Positions 27,360 through 40,332 of a stretch of DNA of 64,000 bases are shown here, piece by piece. The position numbers and the translations under genes were made by a program. The stretch comes from Octopus vulgaris (lineage: Eukaryota): positions 45,818,001 to 45,882,000 of the forward strand of contig OX597823.1 of assembly GCA_951406725.2 (NCBI GenBank), read 5' to 3'. Each line of letters opens with the position of its first letter. Positions within the stretch are counted from its first letter, which is position 1. Below the pieces are notes generated by a model. That model was not told the DNA's origin. It made no database searches and worked only from the letters and a program-made list of their open reading frames with translations.

Positions 27360-27535
27360 CCCCGTTTTTTAAAATTCCCTCTCCGTTTTTCTCCTCTTAA
27401 ACCTTTCTGTCGAAGAGTGTAGGATCGAAATGTCAAAGACTTTTCCATTCTCCCCTACCATTAAACTAACACACTTGCTTATTGTTCCTTCACCTGTCTT
27501 CGTCTTTTGTTTTCTGTAAATTTGAACTATAAATA
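27360..27535 (+). repeat. Short repeat with hammerhead-like CTGTNGA...GAAA motif (probable Penelope pLTR derivative)
   Basis: CTTT|CTGTCGA|A|GAGTGTAGGATC|GAAA|TG|TC|AAAG; shares CACCTGTCTTCGTCTTTTGTTTT with 37767-37925. Confidence 0.65.
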
Positions 27536-27856
27536 CGAGCGAATGAAACAACTCTAATATGATCACTTAGATCACTTAAACAACTGCTGGCACTTTAGTA
27601 ATAAATTCTTTGGGGGACTCTAGAAATTTGAATTCAAAATTTCTTCATTTCAACGTGCTTTTCATATATACAAGGTTGACCAGAAGTCACCCAACAGTAG
27701 ATGAATGTCCCATAAATACTTAATATTCAATTTTATTTATTCATTCCAATTATGAATATTTAATAATTGAATGCTGTGAGTTAAAATCACCGTTTTTTTT
27801 TCAACATTTGTCCATTTATTAGCGAAGTCTCATATAAAATCATTTTTGGTTTTACT

Positions 27857-28071
27857 CCTTTCTACTATATGCACAAGACCTGACATTTTCGGGCAGTAGG
27901 GAACCAGTCGATTACATCGTCCCAGTGTATCACTGGTACTTAATTTATCGACCCCGAAAGGATGAAAAGTAGAGTTGACCTCGACGGAATTTGAACTCAG
28001 AACGTAGCGACAGACGAAATACTGTTAAGCATTTCGTCCGGCGTGCTAACGATTCTACCAGCTTGCCACCT
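27857..28071 (-). mobile_element. SINE family A copy
   Basis: Family A block. Confidence 0.85.
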
Positions 28072-28089
28072 TGATCATAACGATAATAA

Positions 28090-28760
28090 TAATATGTCAT
28101 AAGTGTCTGGATGCACCCAAACTTCATCAGTATTGTGATGAACAAGACTTAATAACATCCTTAAGACTTACAACCAAAGCCGGTCTGTTTCTCAAAGCAA
28201 AGGAAACCGAAGACCTAACCACGAATGAGGATGGAAGCCAAATTTGTTTCGACGATGACACACAAATCAAGGAGGTCAATGACATCCTGTACCTTGGATC
28301 CTAATTTACTGGAAAGCCTGAAGTGTCTATAACAAGCTTCAACTCATCTAGCGATGAAATGTTTTGAAGTCAAAGAAAGCATGTGTACAGAGATGTTTCG
28401 TCTAGGGAACCGAAATCTGAACGAGGAAAGAATTTGAAGCGCTCGACTAAATGGTATATAAACTAACCTTCTCCAAACACGGTGTGACTACAAGACAAAA
28501 GGGAAGGTCTACAGAAACATTCCACCCATATTTACTATTTTTGCTCAATCCAGGGTGGACTTCTCTGGCCATCGCCTTCATATTGATCACCAGGTCATAT
28601 CAGATATAATATTATGGAAACTTTTACACTCTAATTGAGGACAAAGAACATATTGATGTCATTGTCAGAGGACACAAAGATTCCTGGCGCGGCGTGGGGA
28701 GACACATCTCGGATGGAACCGGTTGATGTAATAAATGCTGTTACATAATAGTGATAATAA
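28090..28760 (+). mobile_element. Degenerate RTE/RTE-X LINE RT fragment
   Basis: KAGLFLKAKETE...QIKEVNDILYLGS (RT domain 6-7 pattern), later FSGH. Confidence 0.6.
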
Positions 28761-29916
28761 TGGCAAGTCAAGAAGGGTACCACTGCATGGTTACATGACT
28801 TGCTAGAAATAACAGCCAAATCTATCTTAGGTAATGTTGTCCAAAATTCCTATAAAAAGAGGGAATCGTCACGACTGGATGCTTTAATCGTGAAGTTAAA
28901 CAACGACAATATTGAAACATTGAGATATTTGCAGCAAAAACAGCGACACAAAGATTAGCAATATCATCCATCTATTAAAGAACATTAAAGAAAATTACAG
29001 TTTATTATGAATGGATAAGAATTCAAAACAGCGTCTGATGGATCCATCCATTAATAAACAAGCGATGAAATTAAACAATCAGAAATGCATATTTGTAGTT
29101 ACATATACATATAATAGCTCAAAGTTAATTACTGCATTTTGATATTCAGAAAACGTCTTCAAGTTGTAAAATGTATAGAGATTCTGTGTAAATAAGTACA
29201 TTTACAAGAGAGTTAGACTTTTTTTTAAAAAATTTATTTTATCAAGTATATCGTGAAATCGTGTATCATTATTAAATCCTGAAGGTGTCACCTTTGTCCA
29301 GTTTCTGCATTTTGTAAACAATCTATTTGTAGTTTATTTACGATCAATAGTTTCGACAATTAAATTTATTGATAGTTAACCTAGAATTGAATGGCGAATA
29401 TATATTATATTCAAATAACAATAAGACCGTAGTTGATTTCATATATTCTTTATAACTGCATATTTCGTTTTAGCTGTTGAATCCTAGGTTAAGCATCAAC
29501 AAATTAAATGTAATTGTTGAAGCAATCTACTATGAGGAACATTAAAAATGAATGAGAAGAGATAGTAATTTTCAGCTTCGAATAACGGAAAAAAAGTGTT
29601 CTGATTAATTGATCTGAAACCAAAATACACTGCCAATGCACAAATTCTTGTGAGGTAGGATGAGTACAATTTCAAAATAAGCAACGGCTATAAGTATAAA
29701 GACGTAAATATGGAAGTGGATAAGGTTAAGAAATGAAGCAATGAATGTTATTTGGTGCGAACTAGATTTATATAACATTCGTTTTCAAAGTAAACAAAAT
29801 ACAAACATCATGTAAATATTCAACAAATATGACTGCGCATATGCATCTGGCTCATAGAGTAGAATTGATTGTATTAGAAGTTGTAGTTGCCGCGTATATA
29901 TAAACGTGTTTATATG

Positions 29917-29955
<39 letters not shown>

Positions 29956-30054
29956 TGTGTGTGTGTGTGTGTGTGTGTGAATATATGTACGTACACTAAT
30001 GCATACACCCACATATATTCGTATGTATATATGTGTGCATTTGTGCCAAATCTC

Positions 30055-30233
30055 TCCCAGGTGAACTTTGACTTTCATCGCTCTGGCTTGATAAAATACA
30101 GTGTCACTCATGTACTGGGGGCAATATAATTGACTTGCTCCCCTCCCTCAGATTTCAAGTCTTGTACCTATATTAGTAAAATAAATTGTCCTTGTGTGTT
30201 TTGTGTTTGGCTGTTGTGGCCAATAAAGAAAAC
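30055..30233 (+). mobile_element. Partial SINE family A followed by a Tx1-like tail
   Basis: ACTTTGACTTTCATC..GATAAA body; ends TTGTGGCCAATAAAGAAA. Confidence 0.6.
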
Positions 30234-32098
30234 ATTTTTATTATCATTACTAATGTCCTAGCATACATGTGTTAATTTTCTGTATGTGACCGGATGGCTT
30301 GTCTCGGCCAATTTCTCTGGTGGCTGACAATTAGTAACAAAAACGAGCATGTATTAATTACAATAAAGAGAATCATCATCAATCCAGATATAGCCATTTC
30401 TCTCTGTATTTTTTTTATCTTCTCATGATAAGCACAAATATGGTGATAAAGCAGTATCATAAGAAAGCATACCAGCATTCCTAAGATCGTTCTGAATTTG
30501 ATTTTAATATGCCAAACGTGAAATTCGAAAGTCATAGTTTTAAACTCTACAAATTTCAGTGAGTGTTTCTTTCGGTTATTTTCTTTTTGGTTATCTTATA
30601 TTTCGGATGGTGAACGACTACGATTAAATCCTTTTAATCCAAAGGAACTATCGAAATATTTATGAGAAAGAGCAGAAACAAAGTAAAAAATTTCAGCGTC
30701 GTCCTTTCCTATGACGTTTTTTAAATGACGTCAGCTTAATATCAGCAAGAAGATAATAAACCATCTTTATTATCGATAGTCATTCTTTTATTAAGAAACA
30801 GTGCGTCTAGGAAATGGTAATCGGCAAGACAGATGAAAGCAGTCATGTTTGTCCTTGGTGACGAGTGTACGAGGGTGAAGGACCTTTAATCTGACGTGAG
30901 TGAGGATGCATTTTAGTAGGAAGACACAGAAAGTTGTGTTATCTTTCATTCTCCATCTTTCTCTACGTATTACAATAAGGTGGAAAATTTTTTATTATCA
31001 TAAAGCACTGCAGAATGGTAAATTGGCACACCGGTTAAAGAGTTGCATGAAATGCCATGTGGTATTTGTTCTGCCTCCTTACGGTCTGTGTTCAATTTCC
31101 ACCAAGTTCAATTTTGCTTTTCAATCTTCTGAGATGTATAATACATAATGTAGCACTTAAATACTGAGGCCATTTACTCAACTGTTTTCCCCAAATTTCC
31201 ATGTTACAAATTGTCATTATTATAAAGTACGAATGGCATGTTACTATATAGACTGGGTATTGGATATTCAATCAATTTGCCGTAGAAAACCAATTATAAA
31301 CTAGTTGAACTTACCCTTCCACTGACGAGAGTAGAACATAGACTACATTCTAAACAGTATTACAGTATTAGAGTAGGTGACTCGTGATCAGTATGTCGAA
31401 GTTTAGGTCCTTCAGGAAATTATAATATATAAAATGAGTCACTGGGGTGGGCGATTTTAATATTGTGACATCCCCTCCACTTTCAGAATGATAAAAAAAT
31501 GTTGCGGATGATGAAAATGGTGATACCATTTAACAACGTATCAAAATATCTTGTGTGTGTGTGTGTGTAGTGTGTGATGGGATAACCATAGGGACCTAGA
31601 TGGATATTATCTAAATCTGCTAGATAGAGAGAGGGGGAGAGAAAGTGGGAGAAAGAGTGGGAGAGAGAGAAGGAAGAAGAGGGAGAGAGAGAGAGGGGAG
31701 AGAGGGAAGGAGGAAGAGGAAAAGAGAGAATATATACATGACACGCAACTAAAGTTGGGGACAGTTGCAAATCCCACCCTCCACTCCTATATCTAACGTT
31801 GTGCCAGACTTGATAAGTCACTAACTACAAGGTATCTGGCCCTGATTTATGATCGAAATACTGGTACTGCAACCATTATCTCTGCTGTTAGGATTGTGAT
31901 TGTTATAGTTGTCGCTATTTAATATCATTGTCATAGGAGTGCCAACTTAGATATGAGTACTTACGAATACTGAAAAGGTGAGTTATCAAGATTATATAAT
32001 ATTTTAACAAGTAGTTATATAATCCTGGCAGTAATTTGCGGAAACGCTTGTATGTTTTATAAAGCATTAAATACCATGTTTTCTACAATTTTTTGAAA

Positions 32099-32415
<317 letters not shown>

Positions 32416-32580
32416 AAAAAAACACACAAATTTCCACACAAGAACACGGGGTTCACCCTTGGCATGTAACTTCATCCGTGTTTTACTGAAGTGAATTTGC
32501 TACCCAGGTATCGATTAACAGAATTATCCATACTAGGATAATTCATTCATCTACTTATATATATATATATATATATATAT

Positions 32581-34625
32581 AACTTAGAATAACTTAGAAA
32601 GGTTTTGGCCAGTATTGGCCCAGGCCATGTCTAACTTAATAGCACCACCTGGTGAAGTCTTTCAGTTCAGGATTTGGGCACCGAGGCCCATTCGAGCAGA
32701 GAGTTATTGTTTGCGGAGACATATCCGGGTGTGGGTGGTTTGTCCGGTACTGTTTGAAGGAATTTGTCCAAAGACTTCTTGAATTTTGTGTGGTCAGTTT
32801 CTTTTTTGACGTGCCCTGGTGTAATGTTGAAGAGAGCAGGTCCAATTGAGGTGAAATAGTTGTGCCGTATTGTCGTTATGTGATGCGATTTAGATTTTTG
32901 TTGTGGACGGATGGCACGTGGTCCAAGCCTTGGATGCATTTTGAAGGTGATGCCAACATCATTCGGACAATGCTGGTGGAATATTTTCCACATCATACAG
33001 ATAATGTAGCGTTCACGGCGTCGTTGGAGTGAATACAATTTCAGCTTCTCTAGTCTACCCCAGTAGTCAAGGTCTGACATGCCATCTATCTTTTTTGTGA
33101 TTGACCTTTGGGGAGCTTCAATTCTCATAATATTTTGTATTGTGTAGGGAGACCACAGTGGACAGCAGTATTCAAGGTGGGGTCGGGCAAAAGTGGAGAA
33201 GAGAAGGATAATAGCATGGGAATCTCTCGACTGGAAGGTTCTGAGAATCCAGGAACACATTCTGCGGGCCATGTCAACTTTGCTGCTTATATGTGTAGCC
33301 CAGCTTATGTTGTTGTCCACTGTTACTCCCAGGTCTCTGATGTTGTTGGATGCCATGAGAATTTCTCCAGAAGGAAGAGAGTATGGGAGTTTCAGAGCGT
33401 CCTCCCTTCCAAAGTGGATCAGTTCAAATTTGTCTTCATTTAGCAACATGTTATTCTTTTCCGCCCATTGGACAACAGCCAGTAGGTCTGACTGAAGGTT
33501 TATTCGGTCATCCACGCCATTGATGACCTTCTGGAGCTTGGAGTCATCAGCGAAGGTTCTGATGTTACTGTGTTTGATGGTATCAGTAATATCATTTATG
33601 TAGATGATGAAGAGAAGTGGGCCCAACACAGTGCCTTGTGGGACACCACTGCTGACTTTGGCTGGGCTGGATTTGACTCCTTCGACTACAACATGTTGGG
33701 TTCTGTTAGACAGGAAGCACTTGATCCACTGCAGCAACTTTGCAGTGACACCAATATTGGACAGCTTTCTCAGAAGGATCTTATGATCAACCCTGTCAAA
33801 GGCCTTGCTGAAATCAAAGTAGATGACATCAGTGTTGGAACCTTCTCCCAAGGCTCTCAAAATGTCATCAAAATGATGCAGTAGCTGCGTCAGGCAATCT
33901 CTCCCATTACGGAATCCATGCTGGTTGGGGTTCAGTATATTATGCCTCTCAAGGAAGTGAGTCATACGCGATCTCAGCACCCTCTCAAATACCTTGATGA
34001 TATGAGAGGTGAGTGAGATTGGACGGTAATTCACGGCAAGCGATTTGTTTCCTTTTTTGAAAACTGGGACAACAGACTGGGATAGAAGGTCCTCTGGTAT
34101 ATATCCAGCATCCAGTGAGTTCCGCCACAGATTGGCTAGATGGGGTGCAAGTTGGTTTTGACACATCTTCAAGACACAAGCAGGGAACCTATCGGGACCT
34201 ACTGCTGAATTATGCTTCATTTCCTTTATTGCTGCTAAGACATCAGGAGCGCCAAATGTTACGTCCGATAAAGTGTATTGGGGAGTAACATCACTGATAC
34301 AGCCCAGATCAGTCATATCAGGATTGCTGAAAACAGAGCAATATTGTTTCTGCAATATCTCTCCCATGGTTTTGGCATTGTCTTGAAGAGTACCATTTTC
34401 ATCAATCAGAGGGCCAACAGTAGAACCAGTGACTCTGTGTTTTTTTGCAAATGAAAAGAACACTTTGGGATTGAGTTTGATCTTCTCAATGGCCCAGGCC
34501 TCCTCAGCTCTTCGCTGACTATTGATGATAGACATCATGTTGTTTTGGAGTTTATGTTTTTTAATCTCTAGCGACGAGATGGCAGTCAAATTGTAATTTT
34601 TTTCGAAAAACATAGCGTCTAGCAC
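32581..34625 (-). mobile_element. 5'-truncated CR1/L2-group (Jockey-superclade) LINE, 3' end abutting (TA)n
   Basis: Uninterrupted RT ORF, short 3' UTR with stem-loop, TTCTAAGTT repeat tail; 5' junction somewhere ~34550-34625. Confidence 0.92.
32667..34625 (-). CDS. LINE ORF2 reverse transcriptase (partial; no endonuclease domain)
   Basis: NYRPISLT, QHGFR, DFSKAFDRVDH, GVPQGTVLGPLLF, FADDSKL, DLGV, RPHLEYC..WSP, SLQRRRER. Confidence 0.93.
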   Translation of the reverse strand: MLDAMFFEKNYNLTAISSLEIKKHKLQNNMMSIINSQRRAEEAWAIEKIKLNPKVFFSFAKKHRVTGSTVGPLIDENGTLQDNAKTMGEILQKQYCSVFSNPDMTDLGCISDVTPQYTLSDVTFGAPDVLAAIKEMKHNSAVGPDRFPACVLKMCQNQLAPHLANLWRNSLDAGYIPEDLLSQSVVPVFKKGNKSLAVNYRPISLTSHIIKVFERVLRSRMTHFLERHNILNPNQHGFRNGRDCLTQLLHHFDDILRALGEGSNTDVIYFDFSKAFDRVDHKILLRKLSNIGVTAKLLQWIKCFLSNRTQHVVVEGVKSSPAKVSSGVPQGTVLGPLLFIIYINDITDTIKHSNIRTFADDSKLQKVINGVDDRINLQSDLLAVVQWAEKNNMLLNEDKFELIHFGREDALKLPYSLPSGEILMASNNIRDLGVTVDNNISWATHISSKVDMARRMCSWILRTFQSRDSHAIILLFSTFARPHLEYCCPLWSPYTIQNIMRIEAPQRSITKKIDGMSDLDYWGRLEKLKLYSLQRRRERYIICMMWKIFHQHCPNDVGITFKMHPRLGPRAIRPQQKSKSHHITTIRHNYFTSIGPALFNITPGHVKKETDHTKFKKSLDKFLQTVPDKPPTPGYVSANNNSLLEWASVPKS

Positions 34626-35679
34626 CTCGGGTTCAAGGTGCTAGACAAGTATAATAGATGCAATAAAAAAAGATTCAAATCAGGCAGACTACGATTAACA
34701 CATACATATACGGGTTTAAATATATATATATATATATATATACAAATACATACATATTTACACACATGCACTCCACGACATACTCTCTATCAATCATATA
34801 CAAACACGCTTGTACATTTCTAGAATTACTTGCTATTAAATGTGAATCGCTTTTTGAACTGCATTCTTCTATTGCCACAATTGTCTTGATTTCTTTCTTG
34901 CACCTTCATTATAAATAAATATATGTATATAAGGAAGTATCTATCTATTAAGTTATTTTCCTATTTATGCTCATATTCATAACATAATGAGTAATTATAT
35001 TACATACTACCTTGATAAGCATCTTAAAAAACAATCATGTATATATATTTCGAATAGACACATACTTTTCAAATATTTTTCATGTCCATAAGGAAATGCA
35101 TAAAAAAATGTTTCTTTTTTTATCTTCGAAACTCAACAATTGCAGATATTTTAAAGATGAAATTCTGAAGTTGTAGATTACAAAAATAGTAAATGTGTCA
35201 GATATTGAACAATATCAATATTATGCTCGGTCTCGAACTCAACATGCAGCCTTAAATGGATTCAAAATTATAGAGTCGCCTTTATTATATGCCTAATATA
35301 ATGGCTTGATAGACTACATCCTGCAGCGAAGCCTCTGATTGGGGGATTGGATATTTTGAGAAGTGCGGAGCCACATCTTAATTGCTGTTGTTCTCAGATT
35401 CACCTTGACTCGGGATGATAGAACCTGTTAGTATCCCAACTAAAGGCAATGACCATAGTGAATGACGGTCACTCATTGATATTGTTGGTGATTTTCTAAG
35501 AAATCGGCCACAATACCCACTTCAGCTCTAGATGCCTATCCTATCCAATAACTAGGAATTTTGCGTAACTTTGAGGCAAATGCATCACGAAAAAGTTGCA
35601 GGCTCAGAAAAACTTCTTGCAGAGCCCCCACTACATGGTGGACTGTTCTTAAATACCTGCCTACACACTTTGACCCTAC

Positions 35680-36210
35680 GAATGTAGGAAGCCAAACAAG
35701 CCCCAGATGATCTTAAAGATGCACTATTTGTAGCAATATTTAAGAAATATTTAAGGATCTCAACACATGTGGAAATAATTGTGGCATATCCTTTCTCTCT
35801 ATCACAGGGAAGATTCGGGTCAAAATATTCCTGAACAGGTTAAAATATTTGCAGAGAACATCCTTCCAGAATCTCAGTGTACTTTCCACTCTGTAAGAGG
35901 AACAACTGCTATGATCTTCCTACAAGCAAAAGTCAAAGAATACAAAGACCTCTCGTTTAATATGACATTGAAAATGCCTGCAATAGAGCTGCAATATGAG
36001 TTGCCCAGCAACGTTTTGGTCAATAAGAACGATTTTCTGCAATGATTAGAGCAATGCATGGTGACGTGAAGGCATGTGTTATCCACGAATCTAACAATTC
36101 AGAAAAATTCTCAATCACGTGTGGTCTGAAATGGCTGTGTCCTTGCACCTACACTTCTCACTTTACCCTACTGCCATGCATCATGAAATTCTTCAGAATA
36201 ACCCAGGCGT
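35680..36210 (+). mobile_element. Degenerate RTE-BovB-like RT fragment
   Basis: FAENILPESQCTFHSVRGTTAMIF matches the RTE E.ILPESQCGFR..R.T.DMIF pattern. Confidence 0.7.
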
Positions 36211-36244
36211 AGGAATATACGTAGATATATACTAATTATATATC

Positions 36245-36940
36245 ATGAAAAGAAAGAAATGGGCTAAGGAAATGTCAGAAAAATCCGGTTCATTTTGGGA
36301 TAGAGTAATTTTCTCAGATGAATCCAGATTTGCATTATTTTTAGACAGTGAACGTGTTTGGGTCTGGAGGCTTCCCAATCAAAAATTTGATTTGAAACGA
36401 CTCCAACCAACTATGAAACATGGCGGTATCTCTGTAATGGCATGGGGAGTTATTACCAGCAATGGTCGTTCTGAGCTGATCGAATGTGTTGGAACCATAA
36501 ACTCTGAAAAATACATCGAAATACTTAAGCAAGGACTACTTCCGATGTATTGACACGATAACATAACTAAAAATGAGTTTTTATTCATGGAAGATGGGGT
36601 TCCATGCCACACAGCGAAAAGAAATCAACAATGGCTGACTGAAAATGTGATCAAAAAGCTTCCTTGAACGAGCCAATCTCCTGACACGAACCTAATTGAA
36701 AATCTGTGGTGCATACTAGATAGAGCTATATGAAAAATTCGACAGAAACATAAATCTAAAGATGAATAGTTTCGATTGTTGCATGAAAAGTGGCAGAAAT
36801 TTCCCAAGAGACAATCACAAAGCCCATCAGTTCAATGCCAGAAAGAGTTTCTTATTTAAAAACTGCAAAGGGAATGTCAACTAAATACTAAAGTATGTAG
36901 TCCTACCTATCGATTACATTTCAGCTGTTTGCTTTGTGTA
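36245..36940 (+). mobile_element. Tc1-family transposase pseudogene (catalytic half)
   Basis: WAK...[47 protein letters not shown]; in-frame stops. Confidence 0.88.
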
Positions 36941-36946
36941 TATATA

Positions 36947-36982
<36 letters not shown>

Positions 36983-36996
36983 TGTATGTATGTATG

Positions 36997-37024
<28 letters not shown>

Positions 37025-37028
<4 letters not shown>

Positions 37029-37701
37029 AACACAACGAGAGACAAGTGCGGGACAAAATACCGAAAGAAGTCTGACTCCTCAACTATCGACTGTTTATTA
37101 CTACCTGCTCCGTGCTTTTAACGACAAGACGGGAAAAATTCATAAGACAGCAGCATCCAGAAATTTTTAAAATGTAAAATTTATGGAGAGTTAGGGCCTG
37201 GGGGAAATTTTTAAAGAATATAGAATAGAAGAGAAGAAACAGAATAGAAAAAATAGAAGGAAAAAAAGATATCGAGAGACGAGGGAAATGATGTCCCATC
37301 CAGAAAAGACAGAGACACGAGAAAAACGGCCCGTAGTCACGTGTGAGCAACAGACAGAGGGGAAAGGGGACAAGAGAGGGGATGAGGGAAAGAAATAAGG
37401 AGAGTGAGGAGAAGGGAGAAGGAAGGAAAAAGAAAGAAAAATGAGGGATAGCTAAGTAGGATGCGGATAAAATAAATATTGGGGCTTATAAGGGATAGAC
37501 AGAAAGAAAGAAAATAGGTAGAGAACAGAGTCACAGAAATTAGATATAAATGTAAGAACTTACTGCTGACAAAGGGAGCGTGACATTCAATCCTTAAATA
37601 AAAATGAATAAAATACCCATTAAATACAGGACATCATCAATGAGCGCAAAATATGTAAACACACAACGAGAGACAAGTGCAGGACAAAATACCAAAAGAA
37701 G

Positions 37702-37706
<5 letters not shown>
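37025..37706. repeat. Microsatellite-embedded element with ~50-bp terminal direct repeat (pLTR-like)
   Basis: ACACAACGAGAGACAAGTGCRGGACAAAATACCRAAAGAAGTCT at ~37030 and ~37661. Confidence 0.7.
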
Positions 37707-38045
<339 letters not shown>

Positions 38046-39197
38046 ATTCATGTTTGATTTGTTTTTATGTTCAATTATAATAAAAACAATTTTACATTAA
38101 TCTGATGGGTTACTCTATACTTAGAGTGCAAGTTTATTATTCTTAAACAAGAACATTGACGACAGTGACTCCGAAGTTTCGGCCTGCTAAACATCATTGG
38201 ACATATTGATATGTATATGTATATGTGTGCATGTGCGCGCGTGTGTATGAGCGTGGGTATGCGTGTGTCTACGTGCGTGTGTGTAGAAGTGTAAAAGTGT
38301 CACGATGGTGATTATTTCTATAGACAGGCATACTTTATATGTTTGTATACATGTATCTGTTTAACACTTTTCGTTTCCCACTGTCTTGTTCTTTTTTTTT
38401 CTTCTCTGCATATGTATGAATACATATTTATTCATGCATTCACATGCACACGTGCAAAGGGGTGTAAGTGCATCATCAGTAATGTATGCCATATCAGAAT
38501 AGATATCTAAAAGAATCCACTTGCGCAGTAAAGTTTTTAGCGCATTATTATTTTAATGAATTCAAACAATAACTTAGAACATTTTGTCTAGTTACCTCTG
38601 CATGTATTTGCATCCCATTTGTCATGTGGCACAGAACCAATTTTTACATATAACACTGCAAATTGTTCGTGTCTAACTAATTTGCCTATTTCCTGTTGCT
38701 CATTCCTTCGTATCTTATTAGTCAGCTTCACACATCCTTACGTTACTTGACTAAGACACTGGCCGCGTGCCACGTCGTCCACACATTTCCTTGCATCTTA
38801 AGCAGCAGCAAAATGATTGACAACGACATTAATACAGATGATTTTTCTTGGAGATGTCTTTATTTCATACTTGAATATCATTTTCTTCACATCTCTTGGG
38901 AGGTGATAACTAGAGAACATTTTTATATTCATGCATCCACTTAAGTCAATGAAAATACAAGACGACAGCTCAGAATTCATTTTAGATGTTGATCCAGTGA
39001 TTCAGCCATTACTATCTCGCCTTTTCATATATAAGGATTAAATCGGCTTATGAATCCATATTTAAGACGGTAAGGCTAATTTGGTTGCTACTTCTACACC
39101 ATATAACCGTTTAAATGTATCCACATTGGTATTATCTAAAGTTTTCAAAGAAGCATTCTTACGACTTTACTTGATCCAATAAATACATCATGATATC

Positions 39198-39566
39198 TCT
39201 CTTTTACTCTTTTACTTGTTTCAGTCATTTGACTGCGGCCATGCTGGAGCACCACCTTTTAGTACTTATTCTATCGGTCTCTTTTTGCCGAACCGCTAAG
39301 TGACGGGGACGTAAACACACCAGCATCGGTTGTCAAGCAATGCTAGGGGGACAAACACAGACACACAAACACACACACATATACATATATATACATATAT
39401 ACGACAGGCTTCTTTCAGTTTCCGTCTACCAAATCCACTCACAAGGCATTGGTCGGCCCGGGGCTATAGCAGAAGACACTTGCCCAAGATGCCACGCAGT
39501 GGGACTGAACCCGCAACCGTGTGGTTGGTTAGCAAGCTACTTACTACACAGCCACTCCTGCGCCTA
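39198..39566 (-). mobile_element. SINE family B copy (small internal deletion)
   Basis: Reverse-complement match to family B. Confidence 0.9.
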
Positions 39567-40024
39567 TATGTCTGTTTATATTGTAACGTGGATATTACAT
39601 GAACTTTAACTGGCTATCAACATGAGTTACCCAGTATTTCAAACACCCAGGAAAAAAAAACCCTGTATATTACACAAGAGTACGTGTAATAGAATATAAA
39701 CAATTATTTAAGGTATGAAACTACGGCAATGAAGTGCTATTGCATCGTGAAATTAATCCCTGAAAAATTGTTATGCTCAGGATACGCACAACAACCACTG
39801 TAGCTTATAATCGCATGTGATATATAGAAGAGACGCAAAAAATGTATGATCAACACAGTTTCATTCATAAATTATGCTCTCTAGTTTTCAATAAGTTAAT
39901 ATTTAACATTATAGTCGATTTCGATGTAATCATATTTAATAATAGAGTTTATTATATGTAAATTTTATTTAGATTATATAGATTATTTACATCTTAAAAA
40001 TATTGATTATATTTTAGGTTTTGA

Positions 40025-40078
40025 AACCACCTGAAGAATGTCTCATAGAAGTGCTGACACGAAACGATCGTAGTGGTT
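40025..40078 (+). ncRNA. Minimal type-I hammerhead ribozyme with canonical core
   Basis: AACCAC|CTGAAGA|A TGTC-13nt-GACA C|GAAA|CGATCG|TA|GTGGTT; perfect 6-bp stem I, palindromic stem III, predicted GUA cleavage after 40072. Confidence 0.8.
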
Positions 40079-40188
40079 ATTTTAATTAAATTTAATTATA
40101 TAAATTATTTATGTATTGGCTTAAGTCTTTCTTTGTTTGATTTGCATAATAGTGGTTTTGTCTCTAATTTAATATAATATATGTATAT

Positions 40189-40249
<61 letters not shown>

Positions 40250-40332
40250 TGTGTGTGTGTGTGTGTGTGCTGTGTGTATCTATATATAAATATTAAATAA
40301 TAAGGGTGGAAATCGATATTATTAAATAATGT

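Noticed and set aside
31318-31380. CTGACGA followed by a hairpin (hammerhead-like)
   Set aside because: GAAA is replaced by TAAA and stems I and III are unconvincing; at best a heavily decayed relic
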